This document shows positions 46,520 through 48,957 of a stretch of DNA of 48,957 nucleotides, piece by piece. Numbering within the stretch: position 1 is the first letter of the stretch; every line of letters begins with the position of its first letter. The position numbers were made by a program, and so were the translations under genes. The DNA is from a virus (taxonomy: Duplodnaviria > Caudoviricetes). The stretch lies in IMG/VR virus record IMGVR_UViG_3300043391_000466, positions 1 to 48,957 of that record. The stretch is one strand, 5' to 3'. The notes under the pieces are model-generated. The model worked only from the letters and a program-made list of their open reading frames with translations, searched no databases and had not been told where the DNA came from.

Positions 46520-46623
46520 GTAAATATGAGTTCGGGGGAACGAACTGGTGACATTATTCCTACACCACCCTCCAGTGTAGGTAAAAGACGTATTTAAATT
46601 CCCATAGGTCTTGGTTAACGGGA
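46520..46623 (-). ncRNA. PhotoRC-II-like structured RNA in the psbA 5' UTR
   Basis: Minus strand AACCAAGACCTATGGG...ACGTCTTT...CCTACAC-tggagggtg-GTGTAGG...GTTCG-ttccc-cCGAAC; hairpins visible; family call is from recall of the cyanophage psbA leader motif. Confidence 0.7.
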
Positions 46624-46667
46624 ATGTTAGGAATCGTAAAGTTTTATCTTCATTTCCTGACTTATTT

Positions 46668-46696
46668 AGTATAACAGAATCTTAACCAGATGTCAA
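46668..46696 (-). promoter_or_regulatory. psbA promoter (sigma70-like, overlapping late-like CTAAATA)
   Basis: TTGACA-N17-TATACT. Confidence 0.8.
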
Positions 46697-46705
46697 TCGG
46701 TATAA

Positions 46706-46939
46706 TTACTCATCAATTTTTTTCATCAATTTATCGAGTATTCCTAATCTTTTTTCCCAAGTATCTCCACTTGTTGATCCTTTACAAGGATTGATACATT
46801 CTGGAGCATCTACTCTATTACATACTAAACCAGCAAGATCGTGTGGATCTCCTACCTTACCCGTGCCTGACCAATAGTGCTGGTTATTAATCCAAGTGGC
46901 ACCACATTTAGCACACACTTTAAAATTAAAATCTTCCAT
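46706..46939 (-). CDS. conserved cyanophage hypothetical protein (Cys-rich)
   Basis: CAKCGATW...DLAGLVCN...CINP; promoter TTGACA-N17-TATAAT at 46965-46993. Confidence 0.85.
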   Translation of the reverse strand: MEDFNFKVCAKCGATWINNQHYWSGTGKVGDPHDLAGLVCNRVDAPECINPCKGSTSGDTWEKRLGILDKLMKKIDE

Positions 46940-47049
46940 ACCACAAGTTTATGTTCCTGTATATATTATAATATATTCTTAATAAAATGTCAATCAGTAT
47001 AAATACTAATTTTTTATTTTTTCTAAATACTTAAAATTGCTCCCCATCA

Positions 47050-47241
47050 ATGTCTAGGGAATGGAATAATCCTACCAGAGAACCCTGGAATGGATCTATA
47101 CACAGAATTCTAAAGGCAGTTGATAATCATACAAAATTATACCTTGAGACTGGTGACAGGTGGCATGAAGATAAGGCACAGATACTAAGAGAATATGTTT
47201 CAGAACTTAAGGACTGGATTATTGAGGAAGAAATAAAATGA
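47050..47241 (+). CDS. conserved hypothetical protein
   Basis: 63 aa; TATAAATA late promoter at 46998-47005. Confidence 0.8.
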   Translation: MSREWNNPTREPWNGSIHRILKAVDNHTKLYLETGDRWHEDKAQILREYVSELKDWIIEEEIK

Positions 47242-47248
47242 TTAAAAT

Positions 47249-47256
47249 TATAAATA
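47249..47256 (+). promoter_or_regulatory. T4-type late promoter
   Basis: TATAAATA 23 nt upstream of the ATG at 47280. Confidence 0.75.
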
Positions 47257-47279
47257 TTCATAGTTCATAAACAAAGAAA

Positions 47280-47771
47280 ATGAAGAAACTTCTATTAGTT
47301 TTTTCGTTATTCCTTACTAGTCCTATTTTTGCGGGTGAAATTACATCAAAGATTACTGATTCTATACAACTAAACGTACAGGGTGCTGCGATACAAACAG
47401 AAAAAATTGGAAGCTCCTACTCGGCATCAGGAACTAATGTAAATGTTACAACCCTGGGGGGATTGACTGGCGGTACATCAAGTGCAGCTGCAACAATGTC
47501 TTCTGGTTCTTATGCTATCAATACCAACGGGCAAGCATTTACCTTTTCTGAAGCACTAACGGTTGGTGATAGTACCACATCAACACAATCTGTTGCTGCT
47601 GGTGTTATTGGAACACCTACCTTGTATGGTAAAAATACCACACAGGCAGCAGGAGACAAAGGTACTCTTGCTGGTACATTATCGCCTACTGGTATTTCTA
47701 CTATTACTGCTGGTGGTGCTGGAACTTCGGCAACAGCACAACGTACTATTGAATTAAGCGTATTCAAATGA
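47280..47771 (+). CDS. secreted hypothetical protein (T/G/S-rich)
   Basis: Signal peptide MKKLLLVFSLFLTSPIFA. Confidence 0.85.
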   Translation: MKKLLLVFSLFLTSPIFAGEITSKITDSIQLNVQGAAIQTEKIGSSYSASGTNVNVTTLGGLTGGTSSAAATMSSGSYAINTNGQAFTFSEALTVGDSTTSTQSVAAGVIGTPTLYGKNTTQAAGDKGTLAGTLSPTGISTITAGGAGTSATAQRTIELSVFK

Positions 47772-48133
47772 AACACTTAACTCCCATTCTGCTTTTAGCA
47801 GTGGGAGTCATTTGTACTCCTGCTTATGCTGAAAGTGTAGTTCCTAATTTCACAAGAGGAACAATCAATTCAACTACAGACACTCAAACAAAAATCGTAG
47901 AAGTTATTCGCCAAGTTGAATATACAACTGGCACATCTTATACTGTAACTGGAACCAATATTAACATTCCTGGAACTCCTAAACAAGGAACAAGCTATAC
48001 TATTATGAATCAAGGTGCTCCGTTCCAATTTAGTGAGACATATCTAGGACCTGGAATTGCGAAGGAAACATGGATAGACAGAACTACGGATCAAAAATCT
48101 TCAACAACCTCAATATCTGTATTTACGCAGTAA
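47768..48133 (+). CDS. secreted hypothetical protein
   Basis: Signal peptide ending AYA; VVPNFTRG, GAPFQFSETY.GPG. Confidence 0.85.
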   Translation: MKHLTPILLLAVGVICTPAYAESVVPNFTRGTINSTTDTQTKIVEVIRQVEYTTGTSYTVTGTNINIPGTPKQGTSYTIMNQGAPFQFSETYLGPGIAKETWIDRTTDQKSSTTSISVFTQ

Positions 48134-48666
48134 TAATTTCTTTATTAACTGCATCAGGTAAAGCACAGCAAGCACCCTCTAATACAAACATAGCAGGACC
48201 AAGTGCTTCTGCGAGTGGGAGTGTGGTGAATCAGGCAGTACAGGTTCTACAAGGTCCATACTCAACTAATACTTATGGTGGTGGAGTTTCTTGTCAGGGT
48301 CCTACGTTCTCATTATCACCTTTTATTTTGGGGAATATGAATGGAAGTAGAGATCCAGCAGCATTTCAAACTCATAGTGCCAATGGTGGATTATCAATGG
48401 GATTTAACTTTCCTCTTGATGGATCTCTACAAGAGTTATGTAAAGACAGGGTTCGTATAGAAATTGCAAGACAAAGTGCAGAAACCTCAAAAGCACGTCT
48501 TGATTTTGAACTTGTAAGAGCACTCAAGTGTCTGGAGTTTATTAAGTCTGGTGGGTTCTTTCACCCAGAAAGTCTTTATGGAAAAATATGTGCCGATATA
48601 ATTGGGCCATCTCCTAATGGATACTTGATGACTGGAAATGGTACAGTTTTTCCAAAAAATAAATAA
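48070..48666 (+). CDS. secreted/membrane hypothetical protein
   Basis: Hydrophobic leader, YGGGVSCQGPT, RLDFELVR; start uncertain. Confidence 0.8.
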   Translation: MDRQNYGSKIFNNLNICIYAVIISLLTASGKAQQAPSNTNIAGPSASASGSVVNQAVQVLQGPYSTNTYGGGVSCQGPTFSLSPFILGNMNGSRDPAAFQTHSANGGLSMGFNFPLDGSLQELCKDRVRIEIARQSAETSKARLDFELVRALKCLEFIKSGGFFHPESLYGKICADIIGPSPNGYLMTGNGTVFPKNK

Positions 48667-48689
48667 TTCTACAAACTTATAAATTTAAG

Positions 48690-48902
48690 ATGAAACAATT
48701 AGCATTAGGGTTATCAATCTTAAGTTTGAGTATTAGTGGAGCACTATGCTATGGTGCCTACACAACTTACCAAAAAGCACAGAAGATTTTAGATAACCCA
48801 GAAGAGTTTGTGGGTGCTGTGGTAGAGAAGCAAGTGTCAAAAGCATTGGAAAAACTACCCATTCCTAAACTAAATATTAAGGAATTTAAGATGCCCTTCT
48901 AA
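48690..48902 (+). CDS. small membrane protein
   Basis: N-terminal TM segment. Confidence 0.8.
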   Translation: MKQLALGLSILSLSISGALCYGAYTTYQKAQKILDNPEEFVGAVVEKQVSKALEKLPIPKLNIKEFKMPF

Positions 48903-48957
48903 TGGATAAAGATCCTTATATTTACAGAGTAAAGGAAGTATTAAAAATAGTTGATGG
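48902..48957 (+). CDS. probable thermonuclease (SNase-like), truncated by window end
   Basis: MDKDPYIYRVKEVLKIVDG resembles the Y.V..V..VVDGDT start; only 18 codons visible. Confidence 0.55.
   Translation, partial: MDKDPYIYRVKEVLKIVD

Noticed and set aside
45424-46554. Intron in psbA, or the longer 376-aa start
   Set aside because: The frame is continuous and full length; the upstream ATG lies in the structured leader, and MTATI matches the normal D1 start.

Overview
Segment of a T4-like cyanomyovirus genome (Kyanoviridae-like, AT-rich; the Synechococcus/Cyanobium-type host is inferred from psbA). 1-14.8 kb is a minus-strand accessory/early region of small ORFs, two metallophosphoesterases, an MvaI/BcnI-family endonuclease coupled to an N4/N6 DNA methyltransferase, a pyrimidine-dimer-glycosylase-like gene, tRNA-Ser and the CobS-like AAA plus peptidase-vWA pair. 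14.8-37.6 kb is a tail/baseplate module: a 1887-aa tail fibre, tRNA-Thr, speD, gp5-like and hub genes, three tape-measure-like proteins with enzymatic cargo, gp51, gp26, a tail-tube-like gene, gp4, gp2, gp48 and gp53. 37.7-46.5 kb holds gp32, gp59, gp33, an exonuclease, phoH, thyX, rnh, glutaredoxin, an HNH gene and psbA with a PhotoRC-II-like leader. A late cluster of secreted proteins follows. Top observations: (1) a probable lambda G/GT-type programmed -1 frameshift (T TTT TTC) joining gp26 to gp51 directly upstream of the tape-measure-like genes; (2) a phage-encoded restriction-modification-like pair, with CCGG apparently absent from the whole window; (3) four copies of a palindrome/stem-loop/-10 regulatory cassette at gene junctions; (4) a degenerate ADP-ribosyltransferase-like domain in a virion protein. 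All calls come from motif recognition by eye; no searches were run.
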